This document shows, in pieces, positions 19,946-29,863 of a DNA stretch of 64,000 nucleotides. Position numbers and translations under genes: made by a program. The DNA lies in contig CBDHDG010000002.1 of NCBI GenBank assembly GCA_965261595.1, positions 96,001-160,000 of the forward strand. Reading direction: 5' to 3'. Every line of letters begins with the position of its first letter. Within the stretch, counting starts at the first letter, position 1. The DNA is from a bacterium (GTDB lineage: Bacteria; UBA8248; JACPRG01; G963555815). The notes under the pieces are model-generated. The model searched no databases. It saw only the letters and a list, made by a program, of their open reading frames with translations, and had not been told where the DNA came from.

Positions 19946-21112
19946 CTAAGAGCAGCAGGTCTCCGCCCCCGGGGCTTCCGTTCCCGCGCGGTCCAGGATT
20001 CCGAAGAACGGCGCGTAGTGGGGATGTCTCAGGACGTTGGTGGTCTTCGAGCAGATCTCCAGGGCCTCGCCGCGAGGATACGCGTGGCCGTCGTCGTCCT
20101 CCGCGCGAAGGAACGGCCCGCCCAAAAGGGCGAACCGGCCTGTCCAGACGCACGGGCCCGAGTCGGGAAGCACGGGTTCCGTCCCGTCCACGGGCGCGTC
20201 GTCCTTTTGCGGAACCGCCCCCTCGAAGAGGCCGCGGTATCCGGGAAGGCCCAGGACGCGGGCCGTTTTCCCGTCCACCGTCCGGCGGACCCCCCGCGCG
20301 TACTCATTGCCCAGCTCATCCCGGGCAGCGGAGAACGGTCCCTGGAAAACAACTTCCACGTCTCCGGATCCCTCCTCCTTCCCATTCTCGATCTTGTATC
20401 CGAGGAGCGTCACCGAGATGAAGTGGATGCCGTCGATGGACTGCCAGGGGGCGAACTTCTCCTGCGTCAGCCCCCGAAACCCGGCCCGGTTGAGGCCGTC
20501 CAGGTAATCTCTCATGGGCAGCGCGCCGGAAAGGCAGGCGCCCCACTTGTCGGGGTCGTGGATGAGGTAGTTCGGCACGGATTGGTCGGCGACGATGTCG
20601 GAGATGCAGAACCGGCCCCCGGGGCGAAGGACCCGGAAGATCTCGCCGAACACCCGGTTCTTATCGGGCGTGAGGTTGATGACGCAGTTCGAGATGACCA
20701 GATCGACCGTCCCGTCCTCGACCGGCAGGTCGTCGGCCAGACCCTTTCTGAAATCGACCCGCACCTCATCGTGCCCCAGGTTTTCCGCAACCGCCGGGGC
20801 GTATTTTTGGGCGACGGCGAGCATTTCGTCCGTCATGTCCACGCCGATGACCCGGCCCGAGCTCCCCGTCCGGCGCAGGGCGTCGAAGCAGTCAATGCCG
20901 CCTCCGGACCCGATGTCGACCACCGTCTCTCCCGATCGGATGTGGCCGATGCCGGCCGGGGAGCCGCATCCGTAAGAGATCTTCATGACTTCCTCGGGGA
21001 TGAACGATTTCAAATCGGCCGCGTCGTACCCCGTCGGACAGCAGAGGGCCTCTTCCCGCCGGCCCGCCGCCGAGGAATATCTTTGCCGGACGATTTCTTC
21101 CGTGGTCGCCAT
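19946..21112 (-). CDS. ArsM-like SAM-dependent methyltransferase with C-terminal extension
   Basis: LCCP, SYGCGSP, DIGSGGGID, GVDMT, ISNCVINL, WGACLSGA, terminal CC. Confidence 0.82.
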   Translation of the reverse strand: MATTEEIVRQRYSSAAGRREEALCCPTGYDAADLKSFIPEEVMKISYGCGSPAGIGHIRSGETVVDIGSGGGIDCFDALRRTGSSGRVIGVDMTDEMLAVAQKYAPAVAENLGHDEVRVDFRKGLADDLPVEDGTVDLVISNCVINLTPDKNRVFGEIFRVLRPGGRFCISDIVADQSVPNYLIHDPDKWGACLSGALPMRDYLDGLNRAGFRGLTQEKFAPWQSIDGIHFISVTLLGYKIENGKEEGSGDVEVVFQGPFSAARDELGNEYARGVRRTVDGKTARVLGLPGYRGLFEGAVPQKDDAPVDGTEPVLPDSGPCVWTGRFALLGGPFLRAEDDDGHAYPRGEALEICSKTTNVLRHPHYAPFFGILDRAGTEAPGAETCCS

Positions 21113-21257
21113 GCTTGATTCCTTTCCCCCGCCGGACTGAAAATGTCCTTGTATCTTTATTAAGCGTTCACAGCTTTTAAATCAAGATGGGCGGGGAGAT
21201 GAGGAAAGGCGGAGACATGACGAGTCCGAAACGCGGAACGGACCGGAGGAGGCGTCA

Positions 21258-22706
21258 TTGGACCTGATCATTCGCAACGGCGACGTCGTGACGGCGTCGG
21301 CCGTCTACCGGGCGGACATCGGGATAACGGGCGGGAAGATCGTCCGCATCGAAAGGGGGCTTGCCGGCGCGGCCGCCAGCGAAGCCGGGATGGCCCCCAA
21401 CGCGGCCGCCCGGATGAAGGTGTATGACGCAACCGGCAAGTTCGTCCTGCCCGGCGCCATCGACGTTCACACCCACTTCGACATGCCGCTGCCGGCCACC
21501 CGGGTCTCCGACGATTTCCGGACCGGGACCCTCGCCGCCGCGTGCGGAGGGATCACGTCGATCATCGACTTCGCCAACCAGGTCCAAGGAGAGAGCCTCG
21601 CCAAGACCCTCGACGACTGGCGGGAGCGGGCGCACGGCAACGCCGTCGTGGATTACGGCTTTCATATGACCATCACCGACGCCCGGGATGAAGTCCTGGA
21701 CGAGATCCCGCGGATCCGCGATCAGGGGATCACGACGCTCAAGATCCTCATGGCGTACAAAGGGACCCTCATGCAGGACGACGCCGCGATCTGCCGGATC
21801 CTGGAGCGGGCGGTGAAGGAGGGGCTCCTCGTCCTGGTCCACTGCGAGAACGGGGGGGTCATCGACGCGCGCCAGAAACAGTTCGCGGCGGAGGGTAAGC
21901 TTTCCCCCGTCTGGCATCCCCGGAGCCGCCCGCCCATCCTCGAGGGCGAGGCCACGGGCCGGGTCATCGACATCGCGGAGATGGTCGGGGCGCCTGTCTA
22001 TGTCGTACACCTCACTTGCCGGCAGGCCCTGGAGCGGGTGCAGGCCGCGCGCGCGCGCGGGCTTCCCGTGTTCGCGGAAACGTGCCCCCAGTACCTCGTC
22101 CTGGACGAATCGATGATCGACGCGCCCGGCTTCGAGGGGGCCAAGTTCGTCTGCTCCCCGCCGCTTCGGGAGAAGTCCCACCAGGCGGTTCTGTGGGCCG
22201 GTCTGCGGAACGGATTCCTTTCCGTCGTGGGATCGGACCACGCCCCCTTCAACTTCAAGGGCCAAAAGGAGCTTGGACGGGAGAACTTTCTCCTGATCCC
22301 CAACGGCCTTCCCGGCTCGGAGACCCTCGTGCCGATCCTCTATTCCGAAGGCGTCCGGAAGGGCCGGATTTCGCTCAATGAGATGGTCGCCCTCACGAGC
22401 GCCAACCCGGCGAAGCTCTTCGGGCTGTTTCCGGAGAAGGGGACGCTGTCGGTCGGGAGCGACGCCGATCTCATGATCCTCGATCCGGAAAAGCGGGTCG
22501 TCCTCGGCCGCGACACCCTGCACCACCGTGTGGATTACAGCCCCTATGAGGGGATGGAGGTTCAAGGGGTCCCCGTGGCGACCCTCTCGCGCGGGGTCTT
22601 CCTGAACCGCGACGGGGAGGTCACCGCGCCCGCGGGCCACGGCCGGTTCCTGGCGCGCGGACAGAGCGCGGCCTTCGATGGACTGACGGAACGTGCCGGT
22701 CTCTGA
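21258..22706 (+). CDS. hydA: Dihydropyrimidinase / D-hydantoinase
   Basis: PGAIDVHTH, KILMAY, VHCENG, YVVHL, ETCPQYL, GSDHAPF, IPNG. Confidence 0.92.
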   Translation: MDLIIRNGDVVTASAVYRADIGITGGKIVRIERGLAGAAASEAGMAPNAAARMKVYDATGKFVLPGAIDVHTHFDMPLPATRVSDDFRTGTLAAACGGITSIIDFANQVQGESLAKTLDDWRERAHGNAVVDYGFHMTITDARDEVLDEIPRIRDQGITTLKILMAYKGTLMQDDAAICRILERAVKEGLLVLVHCENGGVIDARQKQFAAEGKLSPVWHPRSRPPILEGEATGRVIDIAEMVGAPVYVVHLTCRQALERVQAARARGLPVFAETCPQYLVLDESMIDAPGFEGAKFVCSPPLREKSHQAVLWAGLRNGFLSVVGSDHAPFNFKGQKELGRENFLLIPNGLPGSETLVPILYSEGVRKGRISLNEMVALTSANPAKLFGLFPEKGTLSVGSDADLMILDPEKRVVLGRDTLHHRVDYSPYEGMEVQGVPVATLSRGVFLNRDGEVTAPAGHGRFLARGQSAAFDGLTERAGL

Positions 22707-22813
22707 GGGGGGCGAATTCAAGGGCCGACCGGTCCCGGACCGCGCCGCCCCCCCCTCCCCCCCCGTCCCCCCCCCCCCCTCCCCCCTCCCCCCCCGGGGA
22801 CGCGGTTCTCGTC

Positions 22814-23524
22814 GTGATGGCCAAGGCCCCCCGTCCGGGGGAGGTCAAGACGCGCCTGGTTCCTCCTTTGCGGCCGGAGGACGCCGCCGCGCTGCACCGG
22901 TGCTGCGTGCTCGACACCCTGGAGAAGGTCTCGCGGCTGGATGGGGTCGACATCGCGCTGGCCTATTGGCCCCCAGACGCGGAGGCCGAATTCGATAAGC
23001 TTTGGTCCGGGGAGGGGGGGGGGCTTCGATTTTCCCAGGCGGGACGCGACTTGGGCGAGCGGATGCTGACCTGTTTCAGACGGGTCTTCGACGCGGGATA
23101 CCGGTGCGCCGCGCTCCACGGGACCGACATCCCGCTCGCGAGCGCCGGGGAGCTGGCCCGGGGCTTTGAGCGGCTCAGGCGTGATTCGGCCGATCTGGTT
23201 CTGGGCCCGACGGACGACGGGGGTTATTACTTTATCGGGGCGCGCGCTGTCCATCCCGAGTTGTTCGAGGGGGGGGGGAGGGGGGGGGGGATTCGGTGGG
23301 GCGCGCCGGAGGTCCTGGAGAGCACGCGGAGACGCGCGGAGGCCCTCGGCCTGCGTACGGAAGAGATCGCCCGGGCCCGCGACCTCGATACGCCCGAAGA
23401 CCTGCGGGCGCTCCGCGACGCCTTCGCCCAGCCCGGTTTCCTGAAGGGAAAAACGTCCCCCCATCCCCACCCGGCTCCGAGGACGCGCGAGTTTCTGATG
23501 AATCTCCCGGAAGAAATCCGGTAG
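22814..23524 (+). CDS. DUF2064 / TIGR04282-like (CofC-related) transferase; true start probably upstream, beyond the poly-C tract
   Basis: [49 protein letters not shown]. Confidence 0.85.
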   Translation: MMAKAPRPGEVKTRLVPPLRPEDAAALHRCCVLDTLEKVSRLDGVDIALAYWPPDAEAEFDKLWSGEGGGLRFSQAGRDLGERMLTCFRRVFDAGYRCAALHGTDIPLASAGELARGFERLRRDSADLVLGPTDDGGYYFIGARAVHPELFEGGGRGGGIRWGAPEVLESTRRRAEALGLRTEEIARARDLDTPEDLRALRDAFAQPGFLKGKTSPHPHPAPRTREFLMNLPEEIR

Positions 23525-23603
23525 GTCTCAGTGGCGCGTCCGGGCCGATTTCACTATCATGATTCATGGGGGGGATAACGGGGGCGGGGCGAGTGGATAT
23601 GCC

Positions 23604-24011
23604 ATGGAAGAATCCAAGATTCGCGTGTTGATTGCCAAGCCCGGCCTTGATGGCCACGACCGGGGCGCGAAGGTGGTGGCCCATGCCTTGCGCGACGCGG
23701 GGATGGAGGTCATCTACACGGGCATCCGCCAGACCCCCGATCAGATAGCTCGGGCCGCTCTCCAGGAGGACGTGGACGCGGTGGGTCTCAGCTCGCTGTC
23801 GGGGGCGCACGCCACACTGTTTCCGCGCGTTTTGGAAAGCCTGCGGGAGCGGGGTCTGGGGGACATCGTGGTCTTCGGCGGGGGGATCATCCCGCCGGAG
23901 GACGCCGAGGAATTGAAAGGGAAGGGCATGCACGCCTTGTTCGGGCCGGGAACCGGCACCGGAGAAATCATCGAGTTCATCCGCAAGGCGGTCAAGCCGA
24001 GGTCCGCCTGA
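23604..24011 (+). CDS. Stand-alone cobalamin-binding subunit of methylmalonyl/isobutyryl-CoA mutase type
   Basis: [29 protein letters not shown]. Confidence 0.92.
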   Translation: MEESKIRVLIAKPGLDGHDRGAKVVAHALRDAGMEVIYTGIRQTPDQIARAALQEDVDAVGLSSLSGAHATLFPRVLESLRERGLGDIVVFGGGIIPPEDAEELKGKGMHALFGPGTGTGEIIEFIRKAVKPRSA

Positions 24012-24102
24012 ATTGTCCCGGCCCTCCACGCGATACGCGGACAGGCCATTCATCATTCAGGGAACCATCGTCTTCTTTGAGAGAAATATTGGATAGGGAG
24101 GT

Positions 24103-24957
24103 GTGTTCTTGCCCCTTCAGATTTTGATGGAAGAGGAGTTGGAGCGTGAGGCGGGTCTGAAGCGCGAGGAGATCTCGGCGCCCATCGAGGAGGAAAAGGA
24201 CAGCGCGCTCCTGGATGGGGACCGTTGGAAGACCGTTTCCATCTCGGCGATGGCGGGGTTGGCGTTCTTCGGTTGGCTTTGGATGTCCGTCCTGGGTCCG
24301 AAGCTGAACTGGTTCGGCGCCCCGGGTCCGTCTTCGGCTGATCGCGGGTCGGTCGAAGAGGCGCGGGGCGATCAATCCTCCTACCTCCACGCCGACACCA
24401 ACCTGGTGAAGTTCGTGCAAAGCCGGCTGAACCAATTGGGGTTTCGCGCCGGAAGTGTGGATGGCGTCGTCGGCCCCAGGACGATGGAAGCCCTGGAGCG
24501 CTTTCAGATGAGTCAGGGTCTCCTGGTCACCGGCGTTATCGACCGGAAGACCAAAGAGGCCCTCGACAAGCTCAATCTGCCGAAGGGAAAATCGGAGCCC
24601 TACCAAGTCGCGCGGGCGCGCCGGGAAAAGTTCCGGAGCGGGCCGCGGTTCATTGTCGACCTCTCGATGGACCCGGCCTTGAGCCGGAAGGGCGTCGAGA
24701 AACACGTCCGCCGCGTCACCGTCCGGTACGCCAAGGCCAACCCCGACGTGAAGCGGTTTCACGTGCGGGGCTACCTGGGGATCGCCTCCCTGTCCGCCGG
24801 GGCGTACGCCATCGCGGACTGGAATCGGAAGGGAAAGGACGTCTCCGCGCTTCAGGGGTTCAAAATCCGGTTCCAGGAGTGGGTCCGCAAAGACATCGCC
24901 GGAACCCTTCCCCCCCCTTCCCACCCTCCGACAATGAAACCGGCGGCCGGGAATTGA
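24103..24957 (+). CDS. Membrane-anchored peptidoglycan-binding domain protein
   Basis: TM segment, then VQSRLNQLGF..GSVDGVVGPRTMEALERFQ...GL.VTG (PG_binding_1). Confidence 0.75.
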   Translation: MFLPLQILMEEELEREAGLKREEISAPIEEEKDSALLDGDRWKTVSISAMAGLAFFGWLWMSVLGPKLNWFGAPGPSSADRGSVEEARGDQSSYLHADTNLVKFVQSRLNQLGFRAGSVDGVVGPRTMEALERFQMSQGLLVTGVIDRKTKEALDKLNLPKGKSEPYQVARARREKFRSGPRFIVDLSMDPALSRKGVEKHVRRVTVRYAKANPDVKRFHVRGYLGIASLSAGAYAIADWNRKGKDVSALQGFKIRFQEWVRKDIAGTLPPPSHPPTMKPAAGN

Positions 24958-25015
24958 CGCGCGGGTCGGCGGCGATCCCTTCGCCGCGCCGGAGAACACC
25001 CGGAAGGAAGGGCCG

Positions 25016-25837
25016 TTGCTGAACCTCGGCATTGTGGGCCTTGGGGCCATCGGGCGGACTGTCTGCCGGGCGGTCGTGGCGGGGGAGGCGGAGGGGGGGG
25101 GCGAACTCCGCGCGCGCGTCGCGGCCGTCACGAGTCGGGACCGCGCCAAGGCGGAGGATTTCCTGCGCGCCCTCGGCGGCTCTCCGCCTCCCTGGATGCC
25201 GCTTGAGGACCTGATCGCCCGCTCGGACCTGATCGTCGAGGCGGCGGGCGGGCCGGTGGTTCCATCCCTCGCCGAGGCCGTTTTCGACGCCGGGAAGGAC
25301 CTCATGGTCATCAGCGTCGGGGCGTTCCTGAGCCGGCCGGACTTGGTGGAGCGGGCCCGGCGGGAAGGGCGGCGTCTCTACATCCCGACGGGGGCCCTGG
25401 CCGGGCTGGACGGTGTGAAGGCCGCCATGGCGGGGCGGGTGGACCGGGTGGTGATGACCACGCGGAAGCCGCCGCGCGGACTCGCCGGGGCGCCGCATCT
25501 GGTGCGGAACAACATCTCCCTCGATGGCCTCCGGGAGCCCAAGGTGGTCTTCGAGGGGTCCGCCCAGGAGGCCTTGCGCGGTTTTCCCGAGAACGTCAAC
25601 GTGTGCGCCGGGTTGAGCTTGGCGGGGATCGGGCCCGAGAAGACGCGAATCCGGGTCATTGCCGATCCCGGGATCGAGCGGAACATGCACACCTACGAAG
25701 TCGTAGGCGAGGCGGGCCGGATGACGGTCCAAATCGAGAACATCCCGACGGAAAATCCCAAAACCGGCCGCTTGACGGCCATGGCAATCATCGCCGGCCT
25801 GAGGGAGATTGCGGATTCCCTCCACGTCGGCACGTAG
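25016..25837 (+). CDS. nadX: L-aspartate dehydrogenase family protein
   Basis: GLGAIG, IVEAA, SVGA, GALAGLD, TRKPP, FPENVNV, NMH, ENPKTG. Confidence 0.85.
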   Translation: MLNLGIVGLGAIGRTVCRAVVAGEAEGGGELRARVAAVTSRDRAKAEDFLRALGGSPPPWMPLEDLIARSDLIVEAAGGPVVPSLAEAVFDAGKDLMVISVGAFLSRPDLVERARREGRRLYIPTGALAGLDGVKAAMAGRVDRVVMTTRKPPRGLAGAPHLVRNNISLDGLREPKVVFEGSAQEALRGFPENVNVCAGLSLAGIGPEKTRIRVIADPGIERNMHTYEVVGEAGRMTVQIENIPTENPKTGRLTAMAIIAGLREIADSLHVGT

Positions 25838-25884
25838 GGGTTTCCACATCCCGACACACCCATGCCCCCGACAAACCCATGCCG

Positions 25885-27510
25885 ATGAATAACGCAGAGC
25901 TGATTGTGGCCATCCTGGAGCGGGCCGGGGTCCGGCGCGTCTTCGGCGTTCCCAGCGGGCCGACCCTCCCTCTCATGGAGGCCCTGCGGAACAGCCCGCT
26001 CGAATACGTTCTTACCGCGCACGAGTCGAGCGCCGGGTTCATGGCCGACGCCACCGGCAGGCTCACGGGCGCGCCGGGGGTCTGCGTCTCCACCCTCGGT
26101 CCGGGCGCGACGAACCTCGCGACGGGGGTCGGGAACGCGCTTCTGGACGCCGCGCCGATCCTCGCGTTCACCTGCACGGTGGACACGCGCCTGCGGAACC
26201 GCCGGGTGCAGATGCGCATCGACCACCACGCCCTGTTCGCCCCGCTCACCAAGGCCTCTTTCCGGATCGAGCGGGGGAAGGTCGGCGAGACCGTGGCCCG
26301 GGCCGTCCGGATCGCCCTGTCGGAGCCGCCGGGGCCGGTCCACCTGGACTTGCCAGAGGACGTGGCGGTAGCCGAGACCGAGGAGCCGGTCCCCGACCTC
26401 GCGGCGCCCGAGCGCGCCCCCCCGGCCCCGGCGGAAGCATTGCGCCGGGTCGCGGACGCCTTGGCGCGTTCGGAAAGACCCCTCGCCATCCTGGGGATCT
26501 CCCTCACCCGCGCGAACGCCCGCGACGACCTGTTGGCCTTCATCGAAGAGCGGAGCCTGCCCTTCGTCACGACGTTGATGGCCAAGGGTTATCTCCCAGA
26601 CGACCATCCCCTGAACGCCGGCGTCGTCGGCCGCGCGCGCCGGACCGACGTGGAGCGATTCACGGACCGGGCGGACTTCATCCTCGGCATCGGTTACGAC
26701 GTGATCGAGATCAATTACGAGGACTGGGTCCGCGGCGGGGTCCCCGTGGCGTCGGTGGACGTCCGTGCCGCCGACGTGGACGGGTCGGTCGATCTCAAGG
26801 CGGAGGCGGTCGGCGGTCTGGAAGGGTCGCTCCGGCATCTGCGCGACCTCCCCGCCGGAAAGACGGTCTGGACGGAAGGTGAGATCAAAGAACACCGCGA
26901 ACAGTTCGAGCGGAATCTCAGACCCACGGGTTACGGGTTTTCCCCCCACGAGGTCATCGACGTGTTGCGGGAGGAGCTTCCGGACGACGGGTTGATGGTT
27001 TGCGACGTGGGCGGGCACCTCCACCAGGTCGCTTCCCAGTGGACGGCCCGAAGGCCGTTCACCTCTCTTTCCACCAACGGCTGGTCTTCGATGGGGTACG
27101 CGATCCCCGCCGCCCTCGCCGCCAAGCTGGCTCGGCCGGAGCGGGAAGTCCTCGCCATCGTGGGGGACGGGTGCTTTCAGATGATGGCCGGCGAGATGGC
27201 GACGGCCCGGCGCCTCGGCCTGAGGGTTCTCTTCGTCGTCCTCAACGACGGCGACCTGGCCCTCATCCGTGTGAAGCAGGAGCGGAAGGGCCTCGAAGTT
27301 TACGGCGTGGACCTGGGCCCGGAAGGGGGAGGGGGAGGGAGGGAGGAGCCGGTTGAGCCGCCCCCGCACTACTTCGGCGTTCCCTGTGCGGCAGTCCGGT
27401 GCCCCGAGGAGCTTCGCAAGGCGATCCGGGAAGCGTTCGAGGCCGACGGGCCCACGGTCATTGAGGCGATCGTCGACGGCCGGGAATACTCCGAGACGGT
27501 TTACGACTGA
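25885..27510 (+). CDS. Thiamine pyrophosphate-dependent enzyme (acetolactate synthase-like)
   Basis: VFGVP, HESSAGFMA, GPGATN, PGPVHL, MGYAIP, GDG...NDG TPP motif. Confidence 0.88.
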   Translation: MNNAELIVAILERAGVRRVFGVPSGPTLPLMEALRNSPLEYVLTAHESSAGFMADATGRLTGAPGVCVSTLGPGATNLATGVGNALLDAAPILAFTCTVDTRLRNRRVQMRIDHHALFAPLTKASFRIERGKVGETVARAVRIALSEPPGPVHLDLPEDVAVAETEEPVPDLAAPERAPPAPAEALRRVADALARSERPLAILGISLTRANARDDLLAFIEERSLPFVTTLMAKGYLPDDHPLNAGVVGRARRTDVERFTDRADFILGIGYDVIEINYEDWVRGGVPVASVDVRAADVDGSVDLKAEAVGGLEGSLRHLRDLPAGKTVWTEGEIKEHREQFERNLRPTGYGFSPHEVIDVLREELPDDGLMVCDVGGHLHQVASQWTARRPFTSLSTNGWSSMGYAIPAALAAKLARPEREVLAIVGDGCFQMMAGEMATARRLGLRVLFVVLNDGDLALIRVKQERKGLEVYGVDLGPEGGGGGREEPVEPPPHYFGVPCAAVRCPEELRKAIREAFEADGPTVIEAIVDGREYSETVYD

Positions 27511-27552
27511 TGCTCTCGCCCCCCCCCTCCCCCTCGTCCCGATGTTTCAAGA

Positions 27553-27675
27553 GAGTGTGCCACTGGCGGCTTGTCCGCCAGTGCCGCCTTTGGCCCGCTG
27601 GTCCGCCCTGCATGTCATTCCGAGCGAGGGGTCGGCAGACCCCGAGGGTCCACCGACCCCGAGGAGGAATCTCGC
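27553..27675. repeat. REP-like palindromes
   Basis: CACTGGCGG-CTTGT-CCGCCAGTG (27561-83) and TGTCATTCCGAGCGA...GAGGAATCTCGC; counterparts at 39307-39463. Confidence 0.55.
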
Positions 27676-27742
27676 AGTGCCGCTCCTGTTTTCTTTGACC
27701 TCTTTTGCGGACTCCGTTAATATTTCCGGTGTCTAATCCAGA

Positions 27743-29062
27743 ATGACGAATATGCAAATGGAGGGGCTGGGGATGAGGTCAATCCTGCGCGGTGCGGTGT
27801 TTTCCGTTCTGGGGGTTCTTTTTCTCGCATCGGCACTCTTCGCCCAGACGTTGACCGTCCGGGTCCCACGGGGCAATGTCCGCGCCCGGCCGGCGACCAC
27901 TTCCCCGATCATCGGCAAAATCAAAAAAGGCGAGCAGTACGACGTCGAGGCCCGGCGTGGCGACTGGTTCAAGATTCTCCTGGAAACCGGTCAGGAAGGT
28001 TGGGTGTTCAAGTCGCTTGTGGGTGTGTCAGGCAAGCGGACCGTTGGAGTCATGCCGGTAGCTCCCGCCACGTCTGTCTCAAGTCCCTACGGGAACTCCT
28101 GGGCGGTGATCATCGGCATTGATCAATACAAGACCGCGCCGGGCCTGCAATATGCGGTGAACGATGCCAGATCCATTGCCGCCGCGCTTCCCGCTCTCGG
28201 ATTTCCAAAAGAGAACATTTTCCTGCAGCTCAATGAGAAAGCCACAAGGGGGAACATTGTAAGCCTCTTGGGTGACGCGCTCCCCAAGAAGGTCAAGGCC
28301 GATGATCGGCTTTTCGTCTTCTTCGCTGGGCATGGCGCAACCCGCTCTCTGCCGGGGGGAGGAAACCTGGGGTATTTGGTCCCCTATGACGGTGACCTGG
28401 ACCGCCTCCACGGAAGCGCGTTATCCATGCGCGAGCTTCGGGACATCTCCCGCCTCATTCCGGCAAAGCATATTTTCTACGCTGTAGACGCCTGCTACTC
28501 AGGTCTTCTGCTTGAGAGAGCTGTCCCCTCCCTCAGCCCCACGGCCCAGGGCTACCTGGAGGTCGTGACGAAACGACGGGTCCGGCAGATTCTTACCGCC
28601 GGGTTGAAGGACCAACCTGTGCTGGAGGAGGCCGGGCACGGCGTATTCACTCGTCGGCTTTTGGAAGGCTTGAATGGCAAGGCCGACCAGAACAGTGACG
28701 GAATCATAACCGGTCTTGAGCTTGGCTCATGGGTTGCCTCCAGGGTTGCATCCTCTACCGAAAACCGCCAGACCCCGACGTTCGGGACCATTGAAGGGGA
28801 TGGGCAGTTTGTATTTATGACCGCGAGGGCAGTCGATCCTTTGTATGCCGAGAGGCGAAATCTGAAAAGAATGCGGGCCGGCCTCGTGCGACTCCGGAGA
28901 GAGGCGGAGGAAGCCAAGCGGATGGCGCTGGAAGCGGCCCGGCTCACGCTCGAACAGGGGAAACGGCTGGCGGATGAGCGGCGAGAATTAGAGAAGTTGA
29001 AAAGGGAGGTCGCAAGCCAGACAGAGATTCAAGAGCGGTTACGGAAAACTAGGCTGCAATAG
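27743..29062 (+). CDS. Secreted SH3 + caspase-like (peptidase C14) + coiled-coil protein; frame continues past the TAG to 29404
   Basis: Signal peptide, NVRARP...GDWFKI...GWV, AVIIGID, FAGHG, DACYSG. Confidence 0.85.
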   Translation: MTNMQMEGLGMRSILRGAVFSVLGVLFLASALFAQTLTVRVPRGNVRARPATTSPIIGKIKKGEQYDVEARRGDWFKILLETGQEGWVFKSLVGVSGKRTVGVMPVAPATSVSSPYGNSWAVIIGIDQYKTAPGLQYAVNDARSIAAALPALGFPKENIFLQLNEKATRGNIVSLLGDALPKKVKADDRLFVFFAGHGATRSLPGGGNLGYLVPYDGDLDRLHGSALSMRELRDISRLIPAKHIFYAVDACYSGLLLERAVPSLSPTAQGYLEVVTKRRVRQILTAGLKDQPVLEEAGHGVFTRRLLEGLNGKADQNSDGIITGLELGSWVASRVASSTENRQTPTFGTIEGDGQFVFMTARAVDPLYAERRNLKRMRAGLVRLRREAEEAKRMALEAARLTLEQGKRLADERRELEKLKREVASQTEIQERLRKTRLQ

Positions 29063-29442
29063 CGCAAGTTACAAGCAAAAGTAAGAGTTCCTGCAATACC
29101 TGTTAAGAATCGAATAGAGCTAAATCGTCTATCGCCGGGCGTGCGCTACCGTATTTGCCTTTACCGCAATGAGGCATCAATTGAATTCTCAATAAATGGG
29201 AATACATTGAGCGGACAGGTTATCTATAGAAAAAGCAATAAACCAATAATTATCAGGTGGTGTTATTTTGGCGCTTGTCATAGATATCGCAAAGACAAAA
29301 CCACTATCATTGCTTTGCCAAATCGGGCTCCATTCGCAGGTGATACATTTACGACTAGAATTCCTCACTACATGAAGGCAATTGACCTCTCCACCACGCC
29401 ATAACCAAAAATTCTGCCTCAGCTTCACCAGTGGATAATCGC

Positions 29443-29843
29443 GGGGACACCATACTTATTTCTCCCTATGCCCCCTTTTTTGTCCTGGCTTCTGCCGTTG
29501 CAGGATACGACCCAATGCCTGTTCAAGCTTTTCAACAAAACCGTCATTTCCCATGGGTCTGCCTGTCCTCAAGCCCTCCTCCGATTGCGGCAGCACGACC
29601 ATATGCACGTGGTCAGGCATCAGGCAGGAGGCCCAGGTCTGCACGGTCCAGCGGGAGGACCACTCAGAGATCAGACGGATGTATTCCTTATAATCCTCTT
29701 CACAGAAAAAGGTCTCCTGCCTGCGACCTTCCCCGCTGAGTGACGTGATGGGGTAAACTTGGCGCAACGACCCGTGCGATTCTTGGCATGCACCGACACC
29801 ATGGCGGAGCAAGACAAAAGTCAAGAATTATGTGTGGCGCCCC
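29443..29843 (-). pseudogene. Internally deleted, frameshifted RAYT/Y1 (HUH) transposase with inverted terminal motifs
   Basis: From ATG 29789 MPRIARVVAPSLPHHVTQRG, frameshift, RRQETF..EDY..CLMPDHVHM, then a jump to C-terminal TGRPMGNDGFVEKLE..KPG. Confidence 0.75.
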
Positions 29844-29863
29844 TAGAATACTACATGTGAATC

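Noticed and set aside
29060..29062. Pyrrolysine at the in-frame TAG (also TAG 58484-58482)
   Set aside because: No pyl genes or methylamine methyltransferase context. The second TAG is explained by a 1-nt frameshift, since homology continues in another frame.
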